IMG/VR virus record: IMGVR_UViG_3300036803_000021
Span: 1 to 43,827 of that record
Length of the DNA stretch: 43,827 nt
Strand: one strand, 5' to 3'
Source of the DNA: a virus
Taxonomy: Duplodnaviria > Caudoviricetes
Shown: positions 9,289 to 18,022 of the stretch, in pieces
Layout: every line of letters begins with the position of its first letter
How positions within the stretch are numbered: the stretch's first letter is position 1
The notes under the pieces: generated by a model
Databases searched by the model: none
Told to the model about the DNA's origin: nothing
The model's input: only the letters and a program-made list of their open reading frames with translations
Made by a program: the position numbers and the translations under genes

Positions 9289-10172
9289 AGCATGTACTCC
9301 TTGGCGTTGAGTTCGATTTCCATTAGCGCCAGGGAGACGGACGGGCTGAGAGCGGCCTCACCGGACGACTTTTCGGTCTCCGGGGGCGGTTCTGTACCGC
9401 TGGCCTGATCCTGGTCTTGCTTGACTCCGGCGTCTCCGGCCTTGCCGTCGTCGCTTTCATCTTCGTCTGCCGGATCTTCATCCTCGTCCGGCAGCACACT
9501 TTCGAGGGCCTCTAAAGCAGCCTCTAGTTGGGATATTGACGTTTTGATCAGCTCCACGTTCGCAGCAGAGAGTACCCGCCCAGCCTTCGCCCGCATGGCC
9601 GACACCAGCGACTTCACCGCGAGGATCTCTGTCTGGTCGTTAGCCCCGATAGGCACCACCGACACCTCGTAGAGCTGCAGCTCCCGCATCTCGTAGTAGG
9701 CGTCCCGGTAGCTTGTGTTCTCCCCCTCAGGCATGATGTAGGCCCCGTCGATCACCTTGTAGGCGAATGACATCTGGTTGACTCTTCGGCCTTTCAGCAG
9801 CCGGTAGGTGGATGCCGCTTTCGGGCAGCTCAGGTCGAGCTTGACGTGGACCTTGAGACCTTTCTCGTCCTCCTCGGCGGTGAGGCACTCCCCGAGGTTG
9901 AAGTCGGGGTCAGATGTGTTGTGCCCCCAGAGGACCGGGATGGAGAGGCCGGATGCCTTCCACTCTGTGAGCGTGTTAGTGAACGCGCCTTTGAGGATGA
10001 CGTCGCCGTCGCTGTCTTTGTTGTTGAAAACGCTTGCGTACCCGATGAACTCGCCATCGGCCAGGCCGTCGTCCTTGAACTTGATGGTGGCGGTCTTCAC
10101 ACCAAACTCGGGGCACTTCCGGAGGACCTTAGACCCGGACATTGACGCCCCCTCGGTGGTTGTTGTGCCCAT
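9285..10172 (-). CDS. HK97-family prohead (capsid maturation) protease
   Basis: FIGYASVF...DGDVILKGAF, LWGHN, QMSFAY and LYEVSVVPIGAND motifs. Confidence 0.95.
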   Translation of the reverse strand: MGTTTTEGASMSGSKVLRKCPEFGVKTATIKFKDDGLADGEFIGYASVFNNKDSDGDVILKGAFTNTLTEWKASGLSIPVLWGHNTSDPDFNLGECLTAEEDEKGLKVHVKLDLSCPKAASTYRLLKGRRVNQMSFAYKVIDGAYIMPEGENTSYRDAYYEMRELQLYEVSVVPIGANDQTEILAVKSLVSAMRAKAGRVLSAANVELIKTSISQLEAALEALESVLPDEDEDPADEDESDDGKAGDAGVKQDQDQASGTEPPPETEKSSGEAALSPSVSLALMEIELNAKEYML

Positions 10173-11583
10173 TGCGTCTCTCTCCCTTTGGTGGCGGCTT
10201 GGTGGGTTCGTCGGGTTCCGGCGCTGCAGGCGGCAGGGTCGGCAGGGTGCTCTCGTCGGGGCCGGGGCTGGCCGGGTCTGCCGGGATCGGGTTCTGGTCC
10301 CCGTTCTGGGTGACGTTGAGGGGCAGGATCAGGTCGTCGCACCCGTCGATGCTGGGGAGGTTCTGCCGGGACCGGACCTCGTTGCGGGTCATGTACGGCC
10401 CGCCAGCGGCTTGGAACAGCAGGTTGCCTTGCTCCTCGAATGAACCGGCCAGCTTCGTCTGCAGGTTGAACTCTGTGTATGTCCGGCGAGCAGTTGCCTT
10501 GTCGAGCACCACTTTTGGTACCAGTTTCCGGTTGATGCGCTGCTGCAGGCGTTCTATCTCCGGCCCGAGGTTGTCGCCGTACAGTGCCCGCCGAAATTCC
10601 TTGACGTTGGCGTAGTTCGCGTTGTCGAGGAGCCCCACCATTGTGGGGTTGACGAAGTACACCTGAGCGACGGTGGAGAGGGACAGCTTCGACGCCTCGA
10701 CGAATTGCTCGTCCTTGGCGCTAAACCGGTTGGTGCGCAGCTCCATCCCGTCCTCGAACAGGGGGGTTCCGCCTGCGCTGGAGCCGCCGTCGCTGGAGTA
10801 GTTCGTGCGGTACTCCTCGATCCACTTGTCGCGGGTCTCCGGAGCCCACGGCGGCGCTGTTCCGGGTCCCTGCCCTGGGGGTGGCCGGTAGATCCAGTTC
10901 CCGACTCTGCCGCCCTTGTCCCACATCTGATTGCGGAAGACCTGAGCGTGGATTTGTTCTGCGAGAACAGCTTTCAGCGACTCGACGGGAGAGACACCGG
11001 AGCGCGGGTCGATGGGATTCCAGCCTTTGAATACGATCATGTCGGATGCCGGGATCTCAAGTATCTGGGTGGTGAGCATCCCAGGGATTCTTATCCGGTA
11101 TGTGGAGACGGAGAACGCAGTCGCGCCGGTCGCGCCGATGAACCAGGAGGTCGGTATGTGCCGGATGAACCAGCCGGACGGCGCTGAGAGGTCCCTGCCC
11201 ACGTACCAGTAGGTTTCGTCGTAGAGCATCCGGGAGGCAACGGTCGACTCGATCAGCTCGAACTGGGTCACGTCGTCATTCGGCTCGGCCAGCAGGTCGT
11301 GCAGCACTCCGGCCCGGATCTGGTTGCGACCGTCGTCGTCGTCCCGCTCGAATACTTCCAGCCCTAGCTGAGCGATGTTCCGTGCAACGAACCCCACGAC
11401 GGTCCGGAGGTGCGGCTGCTCCCGCCACAGCTTCTCGACCGTCATCGAGAGGACCTTGGTTTTCAGGTACTCGTCGAGGGACATGCCCTCCGGGATGAGG
11501 TCGATGAATCCCGGTCGGATAGGGGTCTGCTGCAGCGTGTTCGGCGCAGCCGGTCGGAACCCAAGCCAGGTCGCTAGTCCCAT
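10129..11583 (-). CDS. Portal protein (HK97 family)
   Basis: VVGFVARNIAQL, GVSPVESL, DEQFVEASKL...VYFVNPTMVG...NYAN and MTRNEVRSRQNLP motifs. Confidence 0.96.
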   Translation of the reverse strand: MGLATWLGFRPAAPNTLQQTPIRPGFIDLIPEGMSLDEYLKTKVLSMTVEKLWREQPHLRTVVGFVARNIAQLGLEVFERDDDDGRNQIRAGVLHDLLAEPNDDVTQFELIESTVASRMLYDETYWYVGRDLSAPSGWFIRHIPTSWFIGATGATAFSVSTYRIRIPGMLTTQILEIPASDMIVFKGWNPIDPRSGVSPVESLKAVLAEQIHAQVFRNQMWDKGGRVGNWIYRPPPGQGPGTAPPWAPETRDKWIEEYRTNYSSDGGSSAGGTPLFEDGMELRTNRFSAKDEQFVEASKLSLSTVAQVYFVNPTMVGLLDNANYANVKEFRRALYGDNLGPEIERLQQRINRKLVPKVVLDKATARRTYTEFNLQTKLAGSFEEQGNLLFQAAGGPYMTRNEVRSRQNLPSIDGCDDLILPLNVTQNGDQNPIPADPASPGPDESTLPTLPPAAPEPDEPTKPPPKGERRNGHNNHRGGVNVRV

Positions 11584-11598
11584 GCGATGGGGCCTCCC

Positions 11599-13218
11599 TT
11601 AGAGAACGGCGAGCGACGCATTCTCATATGCTGACGCATAGATCGGCTCACGTGGCGCTGATTCTGCCCACGTCGCCTGGATGACCGCCACCACGGGGGA
11701 GCAATTGCTTTTCTTTCGGTCCATGACCCACTCGTCGCCAAGGTTCTTGGCCTGCGCGGACTGCGCGGCTGCGTCCAGCGTAGGTGATGGCCGGTGCATT
11801 ATGCGGTGTCCAGTCAACTTCCGGTAGTAATCCGCGTAGCACTTCGTCAACTCGGTGCCGCCCAGCTCCAGCACCGGGACCCCGATCTCGCGTAGCTTCT
11901 CGATGAACTGGGATGCCGGTGCCCCCTTCGCCTGGATGACGACCGCCTCGAACCGGCAGCGGTACCGTTTCCCGTCCGGCTCTAGGGGTTCCATCGGCCC
12001 ATTCGGGTCCTCGACCAGCCGTTTCGGGTCCCGGAACCAGTCGACGATCCAGTCGGTGCCGCGCTCAGCGGCGACCACCTCGTTGTGCCGGAGACCGTCA
12101 GATCTCTCTGCGCAGATCCCCACGTACGCCTCGGTCAGCTCGTAATTGACGTCGAGGGAGGCCCAGACCGGCGCTCCCGGCTTGCGGGCCGATTCCTTGT
12201 CGGTGGTGGCTGACCAGTCGGCAGCCGGGAGCACTCCGGGGGCCAGCGTGTCGACCCACATGCAGAGGTACTCGGTTTTGAAACCGGCGATGTTGTCTTC
12301 TAGCTCTTCCAGCACGCCGATCAGGTCCCGGATGGTGTGGCCGGGCAGGTACCCGAGGGCCGGGTTCGCGACCGGCCAGTGCGTCGGGTCCCGGTAGTCG
12401 ACTCCCTCCGGGACCGACCATTCGAACAGGCCGGTCTGCGTTGTGGTGGTGTCTTCGGCCAGGATCTTCGCTGTGGCCCGGTCCCGGTAGGAGCGGAGGA
12501 CGACACTCTTGGCGTCCCCTGCGTTGCTTGCGCCGACGTTGAGGGACCGGGGCCGGGCCTTCGTCGTCGGGGTGATTGCGTTCCATGCTTCCCAGTTGTG
12601 GTGCATCCGGAGTTCGTCGAGCATCGCCAGATCTACCGACATGGACCGGCCACCGCCGCTAGTTGAGGGTGTGGTGCCCCAATGGCGTGGCGTCTCAGAC
12701 CCTTTCAGCGGCCAGAGGATCATCCGGTTCTTACCGTTGGTGGTGGAGTAGCGCCGGAACTCGCGCCGGGTCAGCTTGATCTTTCGGACATCTGCGACGG
12801 CCTGCGCGAGGCACTTCTCTGCGAGGTCAAGGTTCTGCGCGGTGATCAATACTTCGTGTGCGCCGTCTACGAACAGCTTCCAGAGCCCAAGGCCCTTGAG
12901 CCACTGCGTTTTTCCGTTCTGCCGCGCAATGAGAACGATGATCGTGCGGTACCGGAACTCGTCGGAGCCGGGGAGCCGCTCCAACGCGTGGATGTACAGC
13001 CACTTCTGGTACGGGATCAGGGACCACCGCATGATCGTTTCGAGGAACTCTATGCAGTCGAAACCCCAAGAGGTGTCCGGGTTAAGGCCGCAGCCGCAGG
13101 GGCAGCCGTCATCTCGTGTGGTGTCGCAGTTCTCCGGCAAGGGCGGGGTGTAGACCCGCGCCTTGGTGTGGCCTTTAGCCTCCGGTATTGCGGCGAGCGC
13201 GGATGCGGTCGAGGTCAT
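11599..13218 (-). CDS. terL: Terminase large subunit
   Basis: Walker A-like IARQNGKT, Walker B AMLDELR, coupling motif SNAGD; upstream of portal. Confidence 0.96.
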   Translation of the reverse strand: MTSTASALAAIPEAKGHTKARVYTPPLPENCDTTRDDGCPCGCGLNPDTSWGFDCIEFLETIMRWSLIPYQKWLYIHALERLPGSDEFRYRTIIVLIARQNGKTQWLKGLGLWKLFVDGAHEVLITAQNLDLAEKCLAQAVADVRKIKLTRREFRRYSTTNGKNRMILWPLKGSETPRHWGTTPSTSGGGRSMSVDLAMLDELRMHHNWEAWNAITPTTKARPRSLNVGASNAGDAKSVVLRSYRDRATAKILAEDTTTTQTGLFEWSVPEGVDYRDPTHWPVANPALGYLPGHTIRDLIGVLEELEDNIAGFKTEYLCMWVDTLAPGVLPAADWSATTDKESARKPGAPVWASLDVNYELTEAYVGICAERSDGLRHNEVVAAERGTDWIVDWFRDPKRLVEDPNGPMEPLEPDGKRYRCRFEAVVIQAKGAPASQFIEKLREIGVPVLELGGTELTKCYADYYRKLTGHRIMHRPSPTLDAAAQSAQAKNLGDEWVMDRKKSNCSPVVAVIQATWAESAPREPIYASAYENASLAVL

Positions 13219-13618
13219 TCATCTGCTCCTCGTCGTCATCGCCGTTGCCGGGTAGAGGCTGGGTCGGGGCCGGGAGCGGCGTCGGGTCCGCGTCGAGACC
13301 GTACAACCGCGCCTGCTGAGCCAGTATCCGCCTGCAGATCTCCGCGCTGCGATGATCCGGCTCCCGGTCCGGCCCGCCGAGTGCCCGGTTCCAGTGCGCG
13401 AGGAGCAGCCGCTCCTGGCGCTCCTGGTGGATGGAGAGGGCCTCGTCGGACAGCAGTAGGCGGCGCTGTGCACTCTCTGCGAGGGCCTTCTGAACGAGGG
13501 TATGGGCTGCCGAGGTGGACCGGAGGCCGATGGTCAGCGCGATCTGCCGGTAGGTGGCGCCGCCGACGAACAGGGCCAGGGCGCGGGCATTGCGCTCCTC
13601 CCGCTCTGCCGCCTTCAC
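13175..13618 (-). CDS. Terminase small subunit / HTH DNA-binding protein
   Basis: N-terminal HTH (ALALFVGGATYRQIALTIG), ARLYGLD motif, directly upstream of terL. GTG at 13618 in GTGA overlap. Confidence 0.7.
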   Translation of the reverse strand: MKAAEREERNARALALFVGGATYRQIALTIGLRSTSAAHTLVQKALAESAQRRLLLSDEALSIHQERQERLLLAHWNRALGGPDREPDHRSAEICRRILAQQARLYGLDADPTPLPAPTQPLPGNGDDDEEQMNDLDRIRARRNTGG

Positions 13619-13746
13619 CGGAACCGCCAGCGAGCCCGGACGTTCCACCACAGCGGGAGACACGCGCACGGTGTGCCGTGGGAGTGCTCAAACCTCCGGC
13701 AGTACCAGCCGAACGGCTGCAGGAATGAGCAGGGCCGGGCAGTCAT
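13615..13746 (-). CDS. 43-aa Cys/His/Trp-rich micro-protein
   Basis: MTARPCSFLQPFGWYCRRFEHSHGTPCACLPLWWNVRARWRFR; 4-bp overlaps with both neighbours. Confidence 0.55.
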   Translation of the reverse strand: MTARPCSFLQPFGWYCRRFEHSHGTPCACLPLWWNVRARWRFR

Positions 13747-14729
13747 TTCGGTGCCCCGGCAACCCGTTTGGCGATCTTCCGGCGTGTGCTCTCCTGGTCC
13801 TCCGCGTGCCATTCGGTCATGATCTTCTCAATCTGGGCCTTGAGTGCCCCGTAGAGGTCCCGGTCGGTGATCCGGAGCGGGTTCCGGATCGCAGTCCCGG
13901 ACATCTTGTGGAACACGCGGGCCTCCCCACGCCCGTTGCTTCGCTTCGCCATGATGGTCACCTTCGCCGACTGCGGGAACATGCGCTGCAGCGCAACCGA
14001 TCTGGTGTGATCATAATTCGCCCGCATCCCTCCCCCCGTCTTCGATGCCTTCATGTACCGGACGGCCATCAGCAGCGCCGTCGTCGCGCCGTCAGCGCGG
14101 GAGCCGTACTGAAAGGCATGCGTGATGTCATCCTCGAACGGGCCGTGCCACTCCTCCCGGCCCGGCCCTACCCGCTCGATGAAGCACGAATAGGGGAACC
14201 CCGTCCGGGCGATCAGAGCCCGGTCCTTCATCGCGGACTGCAGCTGAGCACCGGTCATCCACGAATTAGTGCTCAGCGCGCATGCGCTCAGCAGATCAGC
14301 GTGGAGGGCCAGGCCCCCGTTCCTCGAGCAATACCGCGCCGCTGCGCCACCACCCCGGATCACTGACAGCTGAACGATGTTGTCGTCGATCTGCAGCACT
14401 CCCCAGCAGCCCCGCCGCTCAGCCTCCTGGCAGGCCCACTCCCGGCCAGGGAACGCGCCCACGAATTTGGCCGGCGGTTCCGGCAATGTCCAGTGGGCGC
14501 GGGCATATCCGAGTGCCCACTCGTCGGTATAGACACAGAGAGGGTGCCCCGGATCGTCCTCGTAGGTGAGGGCATCACGCTCGTTGACGACCCACACCAC
14601 GTCAGCAGGCCCGAACGCGTCGAGGTCCTTGAGGAACTTCGCCGTGGGCCGGTCTGCGAGGGCTGGTCTGCCACCACTGATCACAGCGACGAGCAGCCCG
14701 GTCCGCTTAGCCTCGGGGGTGACGAACAT
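13743..14729 (-). CDS. GT-A fold glycosyltransferase, GREB1/TET-associated (TAGT)-like
   Basis: Motifs in order: VAVISGGRP..PT, VWVVNERD..Y, GREWAC, LQIDDNI (DxD-like), FEDDI, GGGM. This matches my recollection of the TAGT/GREB1-like family. Confidence 0.72.
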   Translation of the reverse strand: MFVTPEAKRTGLLVAVISGGRPALADRPTAKFLKDLDAFGPADVVWVVNERDALTYEDDPGHPLCVYTDEWALGYARAHWTLPEPPAKFVGAFPGREWACQEAERRGCWGVLQIDDNIVQLSVIRGGGAAARYCSRNGGLALHADLLSACALSTNSWMTGAQLQSAMKDRALIARTGFPYSCFIERVGPGREEWHGPFEDDITHAFQYGSRADGATTALLMAVRYMKASKTGGGMRANYDHTRSVALQRMFPQSAKVTIMAKRSNGRGEARVFHKMSGTAIRNPLRITDRDLYGALKAQIEKIMTEWHAEDQESTRRKIAKRVAGAPK

Positions 14730-15294
14730 CGAGCACTCCTGGCAAGTCGATGATGGTCTGCTGCTGCGCGAGCGCCGCGTCCTTGGAGGCGAACACCACC
14801 GACACGACGAACCCGGACACGGAGGCGTTGGCCTTCACGTCGTCGGGCACGTCCGGCGCGAGGTCCGCGAAGTCGTCCAGCAGGGTCCGCCAGTCCTGCA
14901 GGTTGAGGACCTCCGCGAAGTCGTCGGAGAGCACGTCGAGCTGGCCGACGAGCACCGGAAGATCCCACGTCGTGAAGTCATGCGTCCGGTTGTCCGCGAT
15001 CCGGTAGGCCCGGACCTGCTCAGGCGAGAGGTCTGTCGCTACCACGACCGGGACCTCAGTCGCGCCGAGCGACTTCGCGGCCTGCCAGCGGGTATGGCCT
15101 ACGATCAGGAACCCGTCGCTGTCGACGACGAGGGGCTGCTGCCAGCCGAACTCCTGTAGAGACCGGGCGACCACCTCGACGGCGCGCTGCGGGATTCTGC
15201 GCGGATTGTCCGGCGCGGGCCGCACCTCCGACAGCTTCCGGACCTCCACAGCCCCGAGACCTGGGATCTGCACGGCCACGTCGCCCTCAGGCAT
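14707..15294 (-). CDS. ParB N-terminal (ParB/Srx) domain protein
   Basis: NPRRI...SLQEFGWQQPLVVD..LIVGHTRWQAAKSLG..VPV...AYRIADNRT...WD, the phage ParB-N type usually fused or adjacent to DNA modification enzymes. Confidence 0.92.
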   Translation of the reverse strand: MPEGDVAVQIPGLGAVEVRKLSEVRPAPDNPRRIPQRAVEVVARSLQEFGWQQPLVVDSDGFLIVGHTRWQAAKSLGATEVPVVVATDLSPEQVRAYRIADNRTHDFTTWDLPVLVGQLDVLSDDFAEVLNLQDWRTLLDDFADLAPDVPDDVKANASVSGFVVSVVFASKDAALAQQQTIIDLPGVLDVRHPRG

Positions 15295-15329
15295 GACCAA
15301 CCGTGCCCTGGTTCGCGGCCATGATCGGT

Positions 15330-15430
15330 CGATGATTCGAAAACCGTCGTCGGGGGGAGAGGTAAACGACCTGCGGCGTTGCCCAAGGGTCGGGCGTCGT
15401 GGCGCGGGGGACCCCTATACCCGTCTGGTT
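15330..15430. other. Probable cos/packaging-initiation region
   Basis: Lies between the HNH-end genes and the ParB/terminase operon. Minus strand reads GGGTATAGGGGTCCCCC...CGCCGCAGGTCGTTTACCTCTCCCCCC, resembling the G-run/CTCTCCCC layout flanking cos in HNH-terS siphophages. Exact overhang not determinable. Confidence 0.4.
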
Positions 15431-15534
15431 CAGCCAGAGAGCGAGGATTACGGCTTGGCGGGGGAGCAGTGCGGGGAACTGCTTCTGGATGCTCTCCGGC
15501 GTGTGTGGGCCGTGCGGAATGCCTGCGAGGGGTC

Positions 15535-15810
15535 TCACTGTGGGGTGCCCTTGATGAGGAACGACTCAGGGTTGTTGGCCGGAGGTGCCTGGTTGGCCTC
15601 GCGTAGGTCGATGACGCGCTGCCGCACGAGGGCGTCCTTCGCGTCGAGGAGGTGCCGCAGGCCGACTGATAGCTCCGGGCCGGAGCCGAGCACGTTGGCC
15701 ATCTGGTGGGCCAGGTCGTAGACAGGGGCGCTGATCTCCTGCAGTGAGGGCGGGAGGTGCCCGTAGGAGAACAGGCTGAGGAGGTGCTGCACTGCGGGGT
15801 GGTGGGCCAT
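15535..15810 (-). CDS. Small helical-hairpin protein (FxYxHLP...ELSVGLRHLLDAKD), possibly Acb2/Tad1-like
   Basis: Two amphipathic helices joined by a GSGPE turn; follows HNH. Function is inferred. Confidence 0.75.
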   Translation of the reverse strand: MAHHPAVQHLLSLFSYGHLPPSLQEISAPVYDLAHQMANVLGSGPELSVGLRHLLDAKDALVRQRVIDLREANQAPPANNPESFLIKGTPQ

Positions 15811-15818
15811 GAGGGTCG

Positions 15819-16172
15819 CTACCAATCTTCGGAGGGTGTTCCGAGTGCTATGAACGGAGGCCCGTTGCCTCGTTTCTCATTGCAGTCTGCATGAGACGGG
15901 CGGAAGTTGGCGGGGTCCTCGGCTAGTTCGGGGTGTGTCGAGACGGGCCAGGCGTGGTCGAGTTCCCATGCTTCGGGGTGGCCGTGGGGTAGTTCGTAGT
16001 CGATGGGTTTGCCGCAGAGCCAGCAGGGCAGGCCGGTGCTGCCGTCAGGGTTCTGCCAGGCGGCGCACAGTGCGCGGTAGTTAGCGCGGAGCATCCGGAA
16101 GCGGCGTGTGCGTCTGCCGAAGTGCTTGGAGATCCCTCGGGCGATGCCGCTGTGGGGGGCTGCATAGGCCAC
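15819..16172 (-). CDS. HNH endonuclease (packaging-associated type)
   Basis: CWLCG...ELDH..P.S..PELAEDPANFRPSHADCNEKRGN. Confidence 0.93.
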   Translation of the reverse strand: MAYAAPHSGIARGISKHFGRRTRRFRMLRANYRALCAAWQNPDGSTGLPCWLCGKPIDYELPHGHPEAWELDHAWPVSTHPELAEDPANFRPSHADCNEKRGNGPPFIALGTPSEDW

Positions 16173-16233
16173 CAGGCCAGCGTAGAGGCCGCGATACGAA
16201 GAGACCCCGCAGCCGGGGGGTTGGCTGCTGAGA

Positions 16234-16273
16234 CACTTCCGGCCCGAACCTTTGTGGGGTCCGGGCCGGAGTG
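16234..16273 (-). terminator. GC-rich hairpin after the DUF932 gene (terminator or processing site)
   Basis: TCCGGCCCG (16238-16246) pairs with CGGGCCGGA (16262-16270), extendable; weak U tail. Confidence 0.5.
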
Positions 16274-16288
16274 CCGTGCAACCGGGTG

Positions 16289-17470
16289 TCAGCGACCGGC
16301 TGCCACGAGCATAGCCTCGACGCCGGAGCCGCCGACCTCGTTGGACAGGGCCGGGTCCTCGATCTCCTGCGCGTAGGAGGTGACGGCGTGCATTACGTGC
16401 CCGGCTGTGTACTGCAGGCCCTCAGCGCTCGGAACGACCGACGCCATGAAGTGCTGCAGGATGCCTTTTGCGACGTCGTCGGTGTAGCCGAGTTTCTTGG
16501 CTACTACCGTTACTGTGGCGGTCGGGTCGTCGACGGTGGTGCCGGATGCCTTCTCTAGCTCCCGGACTGTCTCCTCGACGAAACCAGCGGTGAGGAACGC
16601 CTTAACGGCGTCCCGGACCTGCAGCTTGACTAGCTCGTTGCCTGCGTCGACGGTATCGGCGGACCAGGTGATGGTGCCCTCGTCGAGCTTGGTGCCGAGG
16701 TGGATCTTCCGCATGGCGGCGGTGTTGATTTTCATGCCGTTGTTGCAGACCTTCATGATCAGCTCGGGGGTGACTTTGAGGGCGCCGCCTCCGGTTTCGG
16801 AGTTTTCGGCGATGATCCCGGCGTGGATGAGGGGGTTCTCAGCACCGACTGCCCCGGTGAACGGTGACCGGTAGTCCTTGGTGAGTTCCGGCGCGGCGAC
16901 GGCCATTTCGGGTGCGTGGACGCGGAGCCAGAGCCGGTCGTCGGATAGATCGGCTCCGCGGATGTTGTCGGCCCCGAGTCCGCCTTCGCGCATCCCGTCG
17001 AGCACGGCGAGCGCGAAGTCGAGGTTGTCGCGCATCCCGTAGCTGTCGGACAGGAATGCGCGGATGATGCCGTTGGTGTCGGGGTGGGCCGGGTCGGAGC
17101 CGTAGAGGGCGCGGATGAGGATCTTCCGGTCGGCGCGGAGCGCCCATTCGTTGACGTTGGTGTCGAAGAGGCTGGTGTGCTCCGCGACGAGCCTGCGGAG
17201 GTACTTGACCGGAATGTCGAGGATCGAGGCGAGTTGCCCGACTGCGCTGGCGGTGATCCGGTATGCGCCGGATACGTCGGTGACGCCGTTCTCGTCCATT
17301 ACGGGGTCGATCCCGGCGAGCTCGATTTGGCTGTTGCGGGAGAGCAGTGTGGCGAGCGGGATCACGACGTCGACCTTCTGGCGGTGCTGGGCCTGCAGCA
17401 GGCCGATGAGGTCGACGATGTTGGCGCCGCGCAGGGAGCGGGCCGGGACGGGTGCAAGGGTGCTAGTCAT
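16289..17470 (-). CDS. DUF932-family protein
   Basis: RAFLSDSY..DN and GIIAENSETGGGAL...KVCNNGM (NS.G...VC.NG hallmark); C-terminal HAVTSYAQ helix. Confidence 0.8.
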   Translation of the reverse strand: MTSTLAPVPARSLRGANIVDLIGLLQAQHRQKVDVVIPLATLLSRNSQIELAGIDPVMDENGVTDVSGAYRITASAVGQLASILDIPVKYLRRLVAEHTSLFDTNVNEWALRADRKILIRALYGSDPAHPDTNGIIRAFLSDSYGMRDNLDFALAVLDGMREGGLGADNIRGADLSDDRLWLRVHAPEMAVAAPELTKDYRSPFTGAVGAENPLIHAGIIAENSETGGGALKVTPELIMKVCNNGMKINTAAMRKIHLGTKLDEGTITWSADTVDAGNELVKLQVRDAVKAFLTAGFVEETVRELEKASGTTVDDPTATVTVVAKKLGYTDDVAKGILQHFMASVVPSAEGLQYTAGHVMHAVTSYAQEIEDPALSNEVGGSGVEAMLVAAGR

Positions 17471-17515
17471 GTGAGGGTCCTATCAGGTTGGTGTGACGTG
17501 GAGGCTGATCGCTCC

Positions 17516-17554
17516 CCTAGCCGGTCCGGTCCGGGAGCGCCGGACCGGCGTAGG
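17516..17554. other. Intergenic hairpin upstream of the DUF932 gene
   Basis: GCCGGTCCGG (17520-17529) / CCGGACCGGC (17540-17549) perfect 10-bp stem, extended by CCTA/TAGG. Confidence 0.6.
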
Positions 17555-17560
17555 CAACGG

Positions 17561-17788
17561 TCAGACAGCTTGCAGGGGGAGCCAGGGGCCGAGCAGCTTG
17601 GCGTCGAGCCGGTAACCGCTGGCATGGGGCCAGCGGGCAGTGATCACTGCTACCGGGTCAGCGTCGGCAGGGATCGTGGTCTTGAAGATGGTGGCGCGGG
17701 GCTGGTGAGCAGGCGTAAAGCGGGACCAGCTGAGGACCTGGAAGGTGACGGTGGTAGAGGCTGGGGTGAGGATCTCTGTGGTTTGCAT
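17561..17788 (-). CDS. Small hypothetical protein, probably leaderless
   Basis: ATG at 17788 lies 7 nt after a -10 hexamer; 75 aa. Confidence 0.6.
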   Translation of the reverse strand: MQTTEILTPASTTVTFQVLSWSRFTPAHQPRATIFKTTIPADADPVAVITARWPHASGYRLDAKLLGPWLPLQAV

Positions 17789-17795
17789 GAGGACC

Positions 17796-17824
17796 AAGTT
17801 ACCCCCTTAAGGTCAGGGTGTCCA
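17796..17824 (-). promoter_or_regulatory. SigA-type promoter TGGACA-N17-TAACTT with CCTTAAGG palindrome in the spacer
   Basis: Direct reading; a 19-bp core is shared exactly with 18971-18989. Confidence 0.75.
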
Positions 17825-17917
17825 GTTGATCCTGCAGGCAATTCGCGCCGATTCTTGGCACCTAAACGGGAGCCGCCCCCGGAGGATCTCCCCGAGGACG
17901 GCAGTTCAGTAGGCGGC

Positions 17918-18022
17918 TTATCGGCGGCGCGGCCTGGCAATTTCGTGAGCCACTATCCACGCTGCGGGTATCCCGACTGCCCAGAACAGCAGGACGACGG
18001 CTACCCACGCTGCAGTGCTCAT
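17918..18022 (-). CDS. 34-aa single-TM membrane protein
   Basis: MSTAAWVAVVLLFWAVGIPAAWIVAHEIARPRRR; ATGA overlap with the upstream gene. Confidence 0.6.
   Translation of the reverse strand: MSTAAWVAVVLLFWAVGIPAAWIVAHEIARPRRR

Noticed and set aside
14707-15294. ParB as a plasmid-prophage partitioning system
   Set aside because: No ParA, no HTH/dimerisation region and no parS array; it is the ParB-N type linked to modification and packaging genes.
15287-15538. 83-aa minus-strand ORF bridging the hairpin-protein gene and ParB
   Set aside because: It has a GTGA overlap but low-complexity, motif-free sequence and crosses the probable cos region; not supported enough to call.
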